Assembly: GCA_018062135.1 (NCBI GenBank)
Contig: JAGOSW010000001.1
Span: 3,210 to 67,209 of the forward strand
Length of the DNA stretch: 64,000 nt
Source: Candidatus Woesebacteria bacterium
GTDB lineage: Bacteria > Patescibacteriota > Microgenomatia > UBA1406 > HO2-37-13b
Reading direction: 5' to 3'
Shown here: positions 29,269 through 38,536 of the stretch, in pieces
Position numbering within the stretch: position 1 is the stretch's first letter
Layout: every line of letters starts with the position of its first letter
Notes under the pieces: generated by a model
Databases searched by the model: none
The model's input: only the letters and a program-made list of their open reading frames with translations
What the model was told of the DNA's origin: nothing
Translations under genes and position numbers: made by a program

Positions 29269-30225
29269 ATGCCAAAGAAATCACATAAAAAGACAGCCGT
29301 AACATTTGGGCAACTTCGAATAGTATTTTATCTTTTCTTCATAAGCGGTCTTCTTCTTTTTTATCCAGGAACGGATTATTACACAAATGTTTTTGCTTTT
29401 AATCGGGAGCTATTTACAGAAAATAATAAACTAGACGAAAATTTTACTCCCCAAGATATTCCGTATGTGCGCGACAATAATATTAAACCACTTGTGAGCG
29501 CACAAGGCGTTTATATTATCGATCTTGCAACAGCGACGCCGCTATTCGAAAAAAATAAAGACTCGCAATTTTTTCCGGCGTCGACAGCAAAAATTATTAC
29601 CGCGCTAGCAGCGCGAGATATATACGATCTTGATCAAGTTATAGAAGTTAAGCGCCTTTTTACAGAAGGACAACTTGCAGATTTAGTATTAGGAGAAAAA
29701 CTCACTTTTGAAAATGTCTTATATGCAACACTTATTCACTCAGGAAACGACGCTGCATATGTACTCGCTGATAATAACCCAACTGGTTATGCGGCCTTTG
29801 TTAAGCAGATGAATGCAAAAGCCAAAGAGCTCGGCATGACCCATTCAAGTTTTTCTAATCCTGCCGGCCTTGATGAAGCAGCGCAATTTTCGACCCCTTA
29901 CGATCTATCGCTTGCAGGCCGAAAATTGCTCCAAGACAAGGAGTTATCAAAAATAGTTTCAACAAAAAGCATTACGATTTCTGACGTCGAATTTAAAAAC
30001 TTCCACGCCCTGTATAATGTCAATCAGCTCCTCGGCAAGATTCCTGGCGTAGGCGGATTGAAAACGGGAAAGACGGAACTTGCTGGAGAAAATCTTATTA
30101 CTCTTTATAAGAATGGTGATCGTGCATATCTCATTGTTCTTATGAAAAGTGAAGATCGCTTTAAAGATACGGAAGGAATCGTAACATGGATTCAAACAAA
30201 CATCGCATATGAAGAAAATAATTGA
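29269..30225 (+). CDS. D-alanyl-D-alanine carboxypeptidase (serine peptidase S11)
   Basis: SxxK (PASTAKI), SxN (HSGND) and KTG (LKTGKT) motifs, with an N-terminal anchor. Confidence 0.85.
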   Translation: MPKKSHKKTAVTFGQLRIVFYLFFISGLLLFYPGTDYYTNVFAFNRELFTENNKLDENFTPQDIPYVRDNNIKPLVSAQGVYIIDLATATPLFEKNKDSQFFPASTAKIITALAARDIYDLDQVIEVKRLFTEGQLADLVLGEKLTFENVLYATLIHSGNDAAYVLADNNPTGYAAFVKQMNAKAKELGMTHSSFSNPAGLDEAAQFSTPYDLSLAGRKLLQDKELSKIVSTKSITISDVEFKNFHALYNVNQLLGKIPGVGGLKTGKTELAGENLITLYKNGDRAYLIVLMKSEDRFKDTEGIVTWIQTNIAYEENN

Positions 30226-31141
30226 TGTAAAACATCTCATAAAACGCTACAAAAAAACAGAAATTAACGCAGTTGACGATGTCTCCTTTTATGTAGAAGA
30301 AGGAGCGTTTTTCTCATTACTTGGCCCAAACGGCGCAGGAAAAACAACAATTCTTTCTATTTTAAATACGACGCTAACAAAAACTTCAGGTTCTGTAGAA
30401 ATTGCAGGATATGAATTAGAAAAAGATCCGGGAAAGATAAGAAAAAATATCGGCGTTATTTTCCAGAATCCAAGTTTAGATATGAATCTTACCGCTGAAG
30501 AAAACGTGCGCATCCACGCGAATTTATATGGCTTGTATCCTTTCAGACCAGCGTATGCGCTCATGCCAAATGGCTACAAAAAGAAAGTAAAAGAATTATC
30601 CGATGTTCTCCAAATTTCGGAAGACATGTTTAAGCCAGTCAAAACATTTTCTGGAGGAATGAAAAGAAAGCTCGAAATTATTAGAAGTCTCACACACAAT
30701 CCTCGCGTGCTATTTCTTGATGAGCCGACGACGGGACTAGACCCAATTAGTCGCAAAGGTCTATGGGATTATCTCCAAGACGTTCGCGAAAAAGAAAAAA
30801 TAACTATTTTTTTGACGACACATTATCTAGAAGAAGCAGAAAGATCTGATTATATTTGTGTTGTAAATAAAGGAAAGATTGTGAGTCAAGGTTCGCCGGA
30901 AGAAATTAAGAAAAACTTAATTGAGGCGTTTATTACTGTCGATGCAAAAGATCGCGAAGCATTAAAAAAAGAACTCGAAAAAAGAAAGTTGAAAGTTTCT
31001 GAGAAGGGACCGTTCAAAATTACAATGGGAAGAAAAACTGCACATGAAATATTAAAAATGATTGAAACGCCGCTCACTGATGTGCAAGTGCACACACCAA
31101 CATTAGAAGAGGCGTATGTCGAAATTATTAACAATGCTTAA
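30209..31141 (+). CDS. ABC transporter ATP-binding protein
   Basis: Walker A GPNGAGKTT, signature FSGGMKRKL and Walker B VLFLDEPTTGLD. Confidence 0.93.
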   Translation: MKKIIDVKHLIKRYKKTEINAVDDVSFYVEEGAFFSLLGPNGAGKTTILSILNTTLTKTSGSVEIAGYELEKDPGKIRKNIGVIFQNPSLDMNLTAEENVRIHANLYGLYPFRPAYALMPNGYKKKVKELSDVLQISEDMFKPVKTFSGGMKRKLEIIRSLTHNPRVLFLDEPTTGLDPISRKGLWDYLQDVREKEKITIFLTTHYLEEAERSDYICVVNKGKIVSQGSPEEIKKNLIEAFITVDAKDREALKKELEKRKLKVSEKGPFKITMGRKTAHEILKMIETPLTDVQVHTPTLEEAYVEIINNA

Positions 31142-31907
31142 TACAATATTAGCGATCGCATACAGAGATTTAATAAAACTTTTTCGTGATCGCACGAGAA
31201 TTCTTGCGAGTCTTGTATTTCCCGTTGTATTTATTGGTGCATTAGGAGGAAGTCTACAGTCAAACTGGGGAGATGAAACTGGATACAATCTACTGGTTTT
31301 CGTCTTTACCGGAGTTTTTGGACAAACGATGTTCCAATCAACTGCCTCCGGTATAATTTCATTAGTTGAAGATAGAACAAATGATTTTAGTCAAGAAATG
31401 TTTGTTGCTCCCGTTTCACGAACTGTAATATTACTGGGTAAAATTTTAGGCGAAACGCTCGTTTCATTTGCTCAAGGAATTGCAATTCTTATTTTTGGTT
31501 TAATTATTGGAGTGCCTTTATCTGCGCTGCAAATTCTTATGCTTATCGGCGCAGCACTTATTATGAGTTTCCTTGGCGGAGCTTTTGGCATTTTGGTTTT
31601 GGGAAACGTGAGTAATCAGCGAACTGCGAACCAAATCTTCCCCTTTCTCCTCTTTCCACAGTTCTTTCTTGCCGGAGTTTTTAGTCCAATAAAGGATCTT
31701 CCATGGTACTTATTTATCCTTTCACGCATATCACCCATGACCTATGCGGTCGACTTGGGTCGCGCTGTGTATTACTGGGGAAAGCCTGAATATAGTAAGG
31801 TCGTCCTCTTCAATCCACTCGTTACATTAACCATAATTACCCTCATCTTTGTGGTTTTCCTGTCCATAGGAACCTATCTTTTCACAAAGAACGAAGCCGA
31901 CAGATAA
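31116..31907 (+). CDS. ABC-2 type transporter permease
   Basis: Six-TM ABC-2 topology following the ATPase. An alternative start at ATG 31134 would give an 8-nt overlap. Confidence 0.82.
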   Translation: MSKLLTMLNTILAIAYRDLIKLFRDRTRILASLVFPVVFIGALGGSLQSNWGDETGYNLLVFVFTGVFGQTMFQSTASGIISLVEDRTNDFSQEMFVAPVSRTVILLGKILGETLVSFAQGIAILIFGLIIGVPLSALQILMLIGAALIMSFLGGAFGILVLGNVSNQRTANQIFPFLLFPQFFLAGVFSPIKDLPWYLFILSRISPMTYAVDLGRAVYYWGKPEYSKVVLFNPLVTLTIITLIFVVFLSIGTYLFTKNEADR

Positions 31908-32031
31908 CTTTGCATTCGTCTTAAAACTATCTCATAGTTGTTTTCTAAAGGACTTATGATATAATGTTGATCTAGTTTTTCCACCGGTCCACAGTAGTGG
32001 ACCATCAGCCACCTGAAAGGGGCACCCGACC

Positions 32032-32238
32032 ATGCAGCAGGACGACTTGGATCCGACGACCCGCACCGATGACGAGGACGAGGGCACCGGCACCGGCGCC
32101 GGCGCGAGCGCGGCCGACACCGGTAGCGACCTGGCCACCGATGCCCGCCCGGCCGAGGAGGACACCGTGGTCGACGACCGCGAGATCGGCGGCGAGGGCG
32201 GCGAGGCCCTGAGCGGCATCGAGGGCACCGGCTACTAG
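32032..32238 (+). CDS. small highly acidic protein (68 aa) encoded in a high-GC insert
   Basis: An ATG preceded by GAAAGGGG. Nearly all codons end in G or C (GAC, ACC, GGC, GCC, GAG...), which supports this frame over the three overlapping ORFs in the track. No family recognised. Confidence 0.55.
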   Translation: MQQDDLDPTTRTDDEDEGTGTGAGASAADTGSDLATDARPAEEDTVVDDREIGGEGGEALSGIEGTGY

Positions 32239-32292
32239 GCGCCCGGCGCCAGGTGGAACTATACTGCTCAGCGCAATAGCGCAGAGCAAACT

Positions 32293-32324
32293 AGTCGGGC
32301 GGGGGAACCAACCCCCGCCCGACT
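32293..32324 (+). terminator. GC-rich perfect 13-bp hairpin (AGTCGGGCGGGGG-aaccaa-CCCCCGCCCGACT) at the 3' edge of the high-GC insert
   Basis: Read directly from the sequence. There is no U-tract, as is common for terminators of high-GC bacteria. Confidence 0.5.
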
Positions 32325-32539
32325 GCCATTACTCTTCATTAATCCTCAAATGCTAGAATATAGCTTCCCATACGAGTCGCATGCACTTTCTGTGAGGGCT
32401 TTTTCAAATGCGGGCCGAAGGCCCTCTCTTATCTTTATCTACTGTATTTTAGGTACTTCAAAATCGTATTAAACTGTATTACAAATTTCATACACTGTAT
32501 GACGGTTTTGACTGAACTATAAAGAGTATGCAAAGAGGT

Positions 32540-32869
32540 CTAGTCAATTTCTTCATCAAATTGTCCAGCATCCTTCGTGGTAGCAATCGAATTCGCAATG
32601 AGTTGTGAGAGTAATGTAACATCTTCAAAATGTTTCTTTAACTTATACTGGTTTATTTCAGCTTTGTCTTGAGCAGACATATCTCGTTGTCGCCTTAGAA
32701 CCTTTTCTCTATAAAGATGAAGAAGATATCGAAAAAATTCACTTTTACTTGCAAACTTTTTCTCGTTGACTACTTGCTCTACATACTCATTTAAATACTT
32801 AGGAAGGGAAATACTGACGACTTTACTTCGGCGAGAATTCTTATTTATGATCATACTCATGTATGACAC
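32540..32869 (-). CDS. ribbon-helix-helix (CopG/Arc-like) domain protein
   Basis: VVSISLPKYLNEYVEQVV...FASKSEFFRYLL is an RHH strand-helix-helix pattern. 109 aa. Confidence 0.6.
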   Translation of the reverse strand: MSYMSMIINKNSRRSKVVSISLPKYLNEYVEQVVNEKKFASKSEFFRYLLHLYREKVLRRQRDMSAQDKAEINQYKLKKHFEDVTLLSQLIANSIATTKDAGQFDEEID

Positions 32870-32906
32870 ATACTACCGAACATATATGAAAAATTAATTA
32901 GTCGTT

Positions 32907-33986
32907 TTAGGGGGCAGCTTTTGCAGAATCTGTCGCTACATACATATTAGTAACCGCAGGCACGTAGGCAGCAAAGTTATTATCTCCTAAGAAAACGTAG
33001 ACAGGTTGGAAGAAATCTTGATACAGTTCAGGCTCGTAATATCCTAAAAACATTTGGCGCACCGTAATTTTATTTGAATTTTGCCCCGCTGACACAATCG
33101 TACCTTTGCCGCTTGCCAGCTCTTCCCATGCTTCATCACCCGTTTTCACAGGATACATATTTCCAGCTGGATTCTTTTCAAAGTATTTAATTTGGGCTTT
33201 TACAACGCGCCCAATAACACCCTTGCTTCCTTGTTGTGCAAAGACCATAACGACATAATTCTGACTATTAAAATACTTTGGCACTACAACTGGAAATCCA
33301 GAAACATCGGGTGGGAAATAATCAATTTCCACCACGTTTGCATCCTCAATCTTCTCGACAACAGTATATTCTTTTGTCACCGGCTCATAACGCAGATATA
33401 TGATATGCTCTTTGCCCTGCGCTAATCCATCTGGAAAACGATCCATTCTTCTTAAAAATGCTTTAGCTTGCTCCGAGATAACTTGTTCCGGCGGAATTGT
33501 TGAAGAGTTAAATATATCTGGTTGTGTCTCAAGCTTTGTATCAAAAGTAAAATTAAAATTGCGAATATCGACATCAAGCTTTTGAGTCGCGTTCTCAAAA
33601 GATGCTGCAGTTCCATTTAATGAGTATTTTTCCTCACTAGTATTAAATCCCACTGCTTTCGCCATCAGCAAAATATTTTGGACATAGCCAAAGCGAGTTG
33701 ATGGCGGAGGAATGTAAAAGATATCTGCAGAACGGGTCGCCGTCGTTGGGCGACCCTCGATATTATCAATAGTAAATTCTGGACTTGGCGGATATTCAAC
33801 TTTAACACTAAAATTGATTGGTGTAAGTTGTCCAAAGGCTGGTACGAATACTGTCTGGACGGGACGAGAAGTTAATGATTTTACTCCAAGTGAAATAATC
33901 ATGAAAAAAAGTACAAAAAGAATAAGGCCTAAAACGGCAATAGGACCAAATTTTCGAAGGTAATATGAGAACTCGCTGAGCGACAT
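32907..33986 (-). CDS. hypothetical membrane-anchored extracytoplasmic protein
   Basis: Long ORF. Start moved to ATG 33986 (MSLSEFSYY...), removing the overlap with gltX. TM segment FGPIAVLGLILFVLFFMIISLGV. Confidence 0.7.
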   Translation of the reverse strand: MSLSEFSYYLRKFGPIAVLGLILFVLFFMIISLGVKSLTSRPVQTVFVPAFGQLTPINFSVKVEYPPSPEFTIDNIEGRPTTATRSADIFYIPPPSTRFGYVQNILLMAKAVGFNTSEEKYSLNGTAASFENATQKLDVDIRNFNFTFDTKLETQPDIFNSSTIPPEQVISEQAKAFLRRMDRFPDGLAQGKEHIIYLRYEPVTKEYTVVEKIEDANVVEIDYFPPDVSGFPVVVPKYFNSQNYVVMVFAQQGSKGVIGRVVKAQIKYFEKNPAGNMYPVKTGDEAWEELASGKGTIVSAGQNSNKITVRQMFLGYYEPELYQDFFQPVYVFLGDNNFAAYVPAVTNMYVATDSAKAAP

Positions 33987-34009
33987 GTATAGATTATAGA
34001 TTAAATTGC

Positions 34010-34015
34010 TATAAT
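34010..34015 (+). promoter_or_regulatory. -10 box (TATAAT) 6 nt upstream of the gltX ATG, predicting a leaderless mRNA
   Basis: The sequence reads gcTATAATacacacATG. Confidence 0.45.
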
Positions 34016-34021
34016 ACACAC

Positions 34022-35437
34022 ATGATCCGCACACGTATCGCACCGTCCCCAACAGGTTTTCCACATATCGGCACCATATATCAGGTGCTTTTTGACTATG
34101 CTTTTGCGAAAAAAAATAATGGAAAATTTATTCTCCGCCTTGAAGACACTGATAGAGCGCGCTTTGTCGAAGGAGCCGAAGAGGTGATCTATAAGTCGCT
34201 CGATTGGTTCGGTCTCTCAGAAGACGAAAGCACGCGCAAACCTGGTGAATATGGCCCTTATAGACAATCTGAACGCCTCGACATATATAAAAAGTACGCG
34301 GAAGAGCTTGTAGAAAAGGGCCATGCCTACTATTGTTTCTGCACAAAAGAACGTTTGGAAGCAATGAGAGAAGAGCAGCAGAAACAAAAAGCCCTACCAA
34401 TGTATGACAAGCATTGCAGAAATTTGCCTGCAGACGAAGTCAAAGCAAATCTAGGCAAAGAAATTTCCTACGTCATTCGCATGAAAGTCCCCGAAAATAG
34501 ACAGGTTATCTTTCATGATTTAATCATTGGAGATATCGAATTTGATAGCAATACAATTGATGATCAAGTCATCTTAAAAGCCGACGGCTTTCCTACGTAT
34601 CATTTAGGTGTCGTCGTCGATGACCATTTGATGGAAATTACTCATATTTTCAGAGGAAAAGAATGGATACCCTCTACGCCAAAGCATGTGCTACTTTATG
34701 AATTTTTCGGCTGGGGAATGCCAGTCCACGCACACCTTCCCCTTATCCTGAATGACAAAGGCCCGGGCAAATTAGGAAAGCGTTTCGGCCATGCTTCAGT
34801 AGACTTCTATAGAGAAGCGGGTTTTCTTCCTAAAGCAGTTCTGAATTATCTTTCGAACATTGTATGGAATCATCCCGAAGATAAAGAGATTTATTCTCTT
34901 GAAGAATTCATTGAGGTGCTTGATATTGAGAAAGTAACATCCCAAGGGGCGCGCTTTGATTTACAAAAATTAACGTGGATGAATGGGGAGTATATTCGTG
35001 CAATGGAAACAGAAAAGCTTGCAGATATGATTCATACATTTATGACGGAATATAAAGTTGGCGACTATTCTCTCGATTTAGTAAAAAAGGTGACACCATT
35101 TATTCAAGAAAGAATAAAAACGCTACGCGAATTTGATGAGTATGCCCGATTCTTCATAGAGCAACCCCGGGAGTTGTCTGGAGCGTCACCGCTTTCCGCA
35201 GAAGAATTAGAGTTACTAAAAAAAATTCACGGCGCGTTGGAAGGCATTGCTGAAGAATCATGGAATCTCGAGACCTTAAACACAGAACTTCAGAAACTCG
35301 CAGAAAAAGAAGAGGTTGGTTTTGGCAAATTCTTTATGCTTATTCGTCTTGCCATTACTGGAAAAAAAATCACTCCTCCAATAAATGAGTCTCTCGCTAT
35401 CCTAGGGAAAAGTGAGACATTAGCACGACTTTCCTAG
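34022..35437 (+). CDS. gltX: glutamate--tRNA ligase
   Basis: RIAPSPTGFPHIGT (HIGH) and KLGKR (KMSKS-type), with a typical class I catalytic core. Confidence 0.95.
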   Translation: MIRTRIAPSPTGFPHIGTIYQVLFDYAFAKKNNGKFILRLEDTDRARFVEGAEEVIYKSLDWFGLSEDESTRKPGEYGPYRQSERLDIYKKYAEELVEKGHAYYCFCTKERLEAMREEQQKQKALPMYDKHCRNLPADEVKANLGKEISYVIRMKVPENRQVIFHDLIIGDIEFDSNTIDDQVILKADGFPTYHLGVVVDDHLMEITHIFRGKEWIPSTPKHVLLYEFFGWGMPVHAHLPLILNDKGPGKLGKRFGHASVDFYREAGFLPKAVLNYLSNIVWNHPEDKEIYSLEEFIEVLDIEKVTSQGARFDLQKLTWMNGEYIRAMETEKLADMIHTFMTEYKVGDYSLDLVKKVTPFIQERIKTLREFDEYARFFIEQPRELSGASPLSAEELELLKKIHGALEGIAEESWNLETLNTELQKLAEKEEVGFGKFFMLIRLAITGKKITPPINESLAILGKSETLARLS

Positions 35438-36922
35438 CAGTAAATCTGGATTCACAGGAACCGGATAATTTCCATCAAAACACGCAGTGCAGAAACCATT
35501 CTCTCTTCCACCCAATCGTGAGCCAATGCCAACCATTTCTTGCGTATCCATATATGCAATCGAATCAGCCCCAAGAATTGCTGCTATGTCTGCCTCCGTG
35601 CGTCCTTCAGCAATAAGTTCTTCATTCTCACCCGTAAAATCAACTCCATAAAAACAACCGTGTTTAATCGTTGGTGATGCGCTTCGTATATGTACTTCTA
35701 GGGCTCCAGCATCACGGCACATTTTTACCAGTTTTGTCATAGTTGTGCCACGCACAACAGAATCGTCAACTAATACAATTTTTTTTCCTTTTACAATTCT
35801 TTCGACAACGGTGAATTTTTCAGCAACAGCATCGCTTCGACCATCTGGGAGAATAAAAGTACGTCGTACATAATGATTGCGTAGAAACCCTTCTCGCGGT
35901 TGTAAATCCATTTTATCAATCTCATCAGCCGAATAGCCTTCTTGCATGAGGTGATGCATGATTGCTGCAGAATACCCTCGTGCCGACGTGGTTCCCGATG
36001 AAGGTATAGGAACAATAACATCAGGGATAAAGCCATCGGCAATATCTCTATTTGCTAATGCTTTTCCACATTCCTCTCTAAATTTATCAACTCTTATGCC
36101 ATCAAATTCACTTCCAGGGCTTTGAAGGTATACATGCTCAAAGATACACGTCGCTGGTTTTACTTCTGGGAAATCTATAGGAATTTCTGTGATGCCATTT
36201 TGGTCAATGCGAAGACATTGGCCGCGTTTAACTTCAACAATAGTTTCAGAATCATCAACATACTGAACAAACGCCATTGTTTCTGAGGCTGCTACGAAAC
36301 CGTTGCCATCTCGTAGCGGCGCATAATGGAGCGGTCTAAATCCCCACGGGTCCCGCACAAGATATAATGCGCCAGTTTCTCGATCAGCAACTGTAAGGCT
36401 GAACGCGCCTTCGGCGCGAGGTAAGACTGCCTGTAGGCGCTCTTCAATAGTCTGCTCTGGTTTTGCGTTGAGCGCTTTATGCAAAACATGGGTATCTGAA
36501 GACAAAACAGCCCGCTCGTCTTCGTCTAGTTCGTCTAAAAAGCTGAGCGGATTCGTAATATTTCCATTATGAGCTGTGGCGACCCTATCTCCTTCATCGC
36601 AAAATGGTTGCCACGCATCGGGACCTCCTGACGTTGAATAGCGATCATGTCCTAATGCAATATTAACATCAGCATCTGCTACGATAATTCCAGCGGCATT
36701 ATCTCGGACGATTCCTTTATTACGATACGCACTGATAGTTCCATCCGGAAGAAATCCCACAACGCCAACACCTTCTTCACCGCGATGATTTTGAGCTGCT
36801 AAGGCTGGAATAAGCGTAGACATAGGAGCAGGAGTATCAAAATAAAACGCAGCAACAGCACAATTATGTCGAATCCCTTCAAAGGGTTCGTGTGCCGCGA
36901 TATCACTCTCGGCTAAAGCCAT
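35420..36922 (-). CDS. purF: amidophosphoribosyltransferase
   Basis: Ntn glutaminase domain (..NCAVAAF, HNGNITN) and PRTase motif IVLVDDSVVRGTT. Confidence 0.92.
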   Translation of the reverse strand: MALAESDIAAHEPFEGIRHNCAVAAFYFDTPAPMSTLIPALAAQNHRGEEGVGVVGFLPDGTISAYRNKGIVRDNAAGIIVADADVNIALGHDRYSTSGGPDAWQPFCDEGDRVATAHNGNITNPLSFLDELDEDERAVLSSDTHVLHKALNAKPEQTIEERLQAVLPRAEGAFSLTVADRETGALYLVRDPWGFRPLHYAPLRDGNGFVAASETMAFVQYVDDSETIVEVKRGQCLRIDQNGITEIPIDFPEVKPATCIFEHVYLQSPGSEFDGIRVDKFREECGKALANRDIADGFIPDVIVPIPSSGTTSARGYSAAIMHHLMQEGYSADEIDKMDLQPREGFLRNHYVRRTFILPDGRSDAVAEKFTVVERIVKGKKIVLVDDSVVRGTTMTKLVKMCRDAGALEVHIRSASPTIKHGCFYGVDFTGENEELIAEGRTEADIAAILGADSIAYMDTQEMVGIGSRLGGRENGFCTACFDGNYPVPVNPDLLLGKSC

Positions 36923-36924
36923 AA

Positions 36925-37791
36925 TTACGAAAAGTTTGTAATCCAGTGCTTGTCTGATTCAACAGTCAGATCCAGAAAAACTTTACGATTTGTTGCTGTT
37001 TCCAATTCCTTTCGTGACATAGAGCCAATTTCTTTAATGCGCCTTCCACCTTCGCCAATCAGCATCTTTTTATACTTATCTGTAGTTGTTAAAATTCGCG
37101 CCCTAACATATAGCATGCCGTTATCCCGATCTGCAATCTCGTCAATAAGCACAGTTGTTGTATAAGGAACTTCTTTTCGTGTGCGAAGAAAAACTTTTTC
37201 GCGAATTAATTCTGCAAGAAAAATCTTTCCATCAATATTTAATGCAGGATACGTATATTCTTCCTTCTTAACCAGTGGGGTATCCCTTTCTGGCATTTTC
37301 TCAAAAATAGCCTCGAGCAGAGTTTTTAAATGCATTTTTTCAAGCGCTGAGACCTTAATAACCGTATCGAATTCATCTTCTAAAAATTTATATAGCGGGA
37401 GGAACGAAGGTTCTTCCACATCGATCTTATTTATGACAAGAATTTTCGGAATGTTAAATTTTCGCACTATGCCCAGTACGCGTGATTCTTCGTAATCGCG
37501 TGTTCTTGTGTGGTCAATGACATATAAAACCAAATCAATGTTTCCCTCAAAGGGCTCCATTACTTTTTGGTTTATTTTCTTTGAGAGCGCATCTGTGGCT
37601 TTACGAAAAATACCTGGCGTATCAACAAAGACAATTTGTCCTCTTTCGTCTTCGTACAATCCCTGAATCGGAAAACGCGTTGTCTGGGGTTTTGGCGATG
37701 TTATTGCGACTTTTTGGCCAATGAGATTGTTGACGAGTGTTGATTTGCCAACGTTTGGTCGGCCAATGAGCGCTACTGTACCTGCTTTCAT
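36925..37791 (-). CDS. era: GTPase Era
   Basis: G1 GRPNVGKST, G3 DTPG, G4 NKID and a C-terminal KH domain. Confidence 0.95.
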   Translation of the reverse strand: MKAGTVALIGRPNVGKSTLVNNLIGQKVAITSPKPQTTRFPIQGLYEDERGQIVFVDTPGIFRKATDALSKKINQKVMEPFEGNIDLVLYVIDHTRTRDYEESRVLGIVRKFNIPKILVINKIDVEEPSFLPLYKFLEDEFDTVIKVSALEKMHLKTLLEAIFEKMPERDTPLVKKEEYTYPALNIDGKIFLAELIREKVFLRTRKEVPYTTTVLIDEIADRDNGMLYVRARILTTTDKYKKMLIGEGGRRIKEIGSMSRKELETATNRKVFLDLTVESDKHWITNFS

Positions 37792-37869
37792 TGTGGATAT
37801 TGTATCATTTACATGTAGTTTTATACTAGGGATTTATCCTTTTGTGGTAAAATAAACTCAACTTTAAAT

Positions 37870-37940
37870 TGGGGGATCGTTCAATGGCAGGACAACAGCC
37901 TTTGGAGCTGTTTATCGGGGTTCGAATCCCTGTCCCCCAG
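37870..37940 (+). tRNA. tRNA-Gln (anticodon UUG), CCA not encoded
   Basis: Manual cloverleaf. Acceptor UGGGGGA/UCCCCCA. U8. D-loop with GG. Anticodon stem ACAGC/GCUGU with loop CU-UUG-GA. T-arm CGGGG-UUCGAAU-CCCUG. Discriminator G. Confidence 0.85.
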
Positions 37941-38031
37941 CAAAATAGGACTCGAACTGGAGCATGACAAAAAGATAGTGTATGCTAGTTTGTGTAGGCC
38001 TGTGGGAAGAAGTTACGTTCTAAGAAGCCAA

Positions 38032-38526
38032 ATGTTAGGAGATATAAAACCGACACTTTCATTTAATCTATTCTTTAACAGGGATAGACACCAACCAGAA
38101 ATCAAGTTCTATACGGAGCATAATAAAGGAAAGCTATTATACTTTGTCAAGAATATCAGCAAGTACTCAGCATATCAAATACACATTTACTCATATGAGG
38201 ATCACTATCAGGAAGTCGCTCTTCAGTTCATAGCACAGGCTGGAGATGTTCTTGAACCGGGAGAAACAAAAAAAGCAACTTCATATATAGAGTATCCCTT
38301 TGTTGGATGTATGTCGTATAAGGAATATTGGGTTGAGTTTAGTGATGCTGAAGGCAACCATTATAGGTATTCCTCAGGTTCAGACAATAGCGGTATCGAG
38401 CTTGCAAATGTTAAAAAGCTGAAAAAAAGGACAAAACATATAACAACAGGAATAAGGAAGAAGAATAGAATAAAAACCCTTCTATCAAGTTTCATGTATA
38501 AAATTAGATATTTGACAAAAATTTAA
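38032..38526 (+). CDS. hypothetical protein (islet ORF A)
   Basis: The track ORF starts at GTG 37978, and ATG 38032 is more plausible. Basic C-terminal tail. No family recognised. Confidence 0.5.
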   Translation: MLGDIKPTLSFNLFFNRDRHQPEIKFYTEHNKGKLLYFVKNISKYSAYQIHIYSYEDHYQEVALQFIAQAGDVLEPGETKKATSYIEYPFVGCMSYKEYWVEFSDAEGNHYRYSSGSDNSGIELANVKKLKKRTKHITTGIRKKNRIKTLLSSFMYKIRYLTKI

Positions 38527-38536
38527 ATGCTAAAAC

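Noticed and set aside
31932-32289. Three ORFs overlapping the small acidic ORF in the first high-GC insert: two minus-strand (31932-32228, 32005-32289) and one plus-strand in another frame (31997-32212).
   Set aside because: The reasoning is the same as for the other cassette. The third-position G/C bias and the SD-like site support only 32032-32238 on the plus strand. The others are shadow frames.
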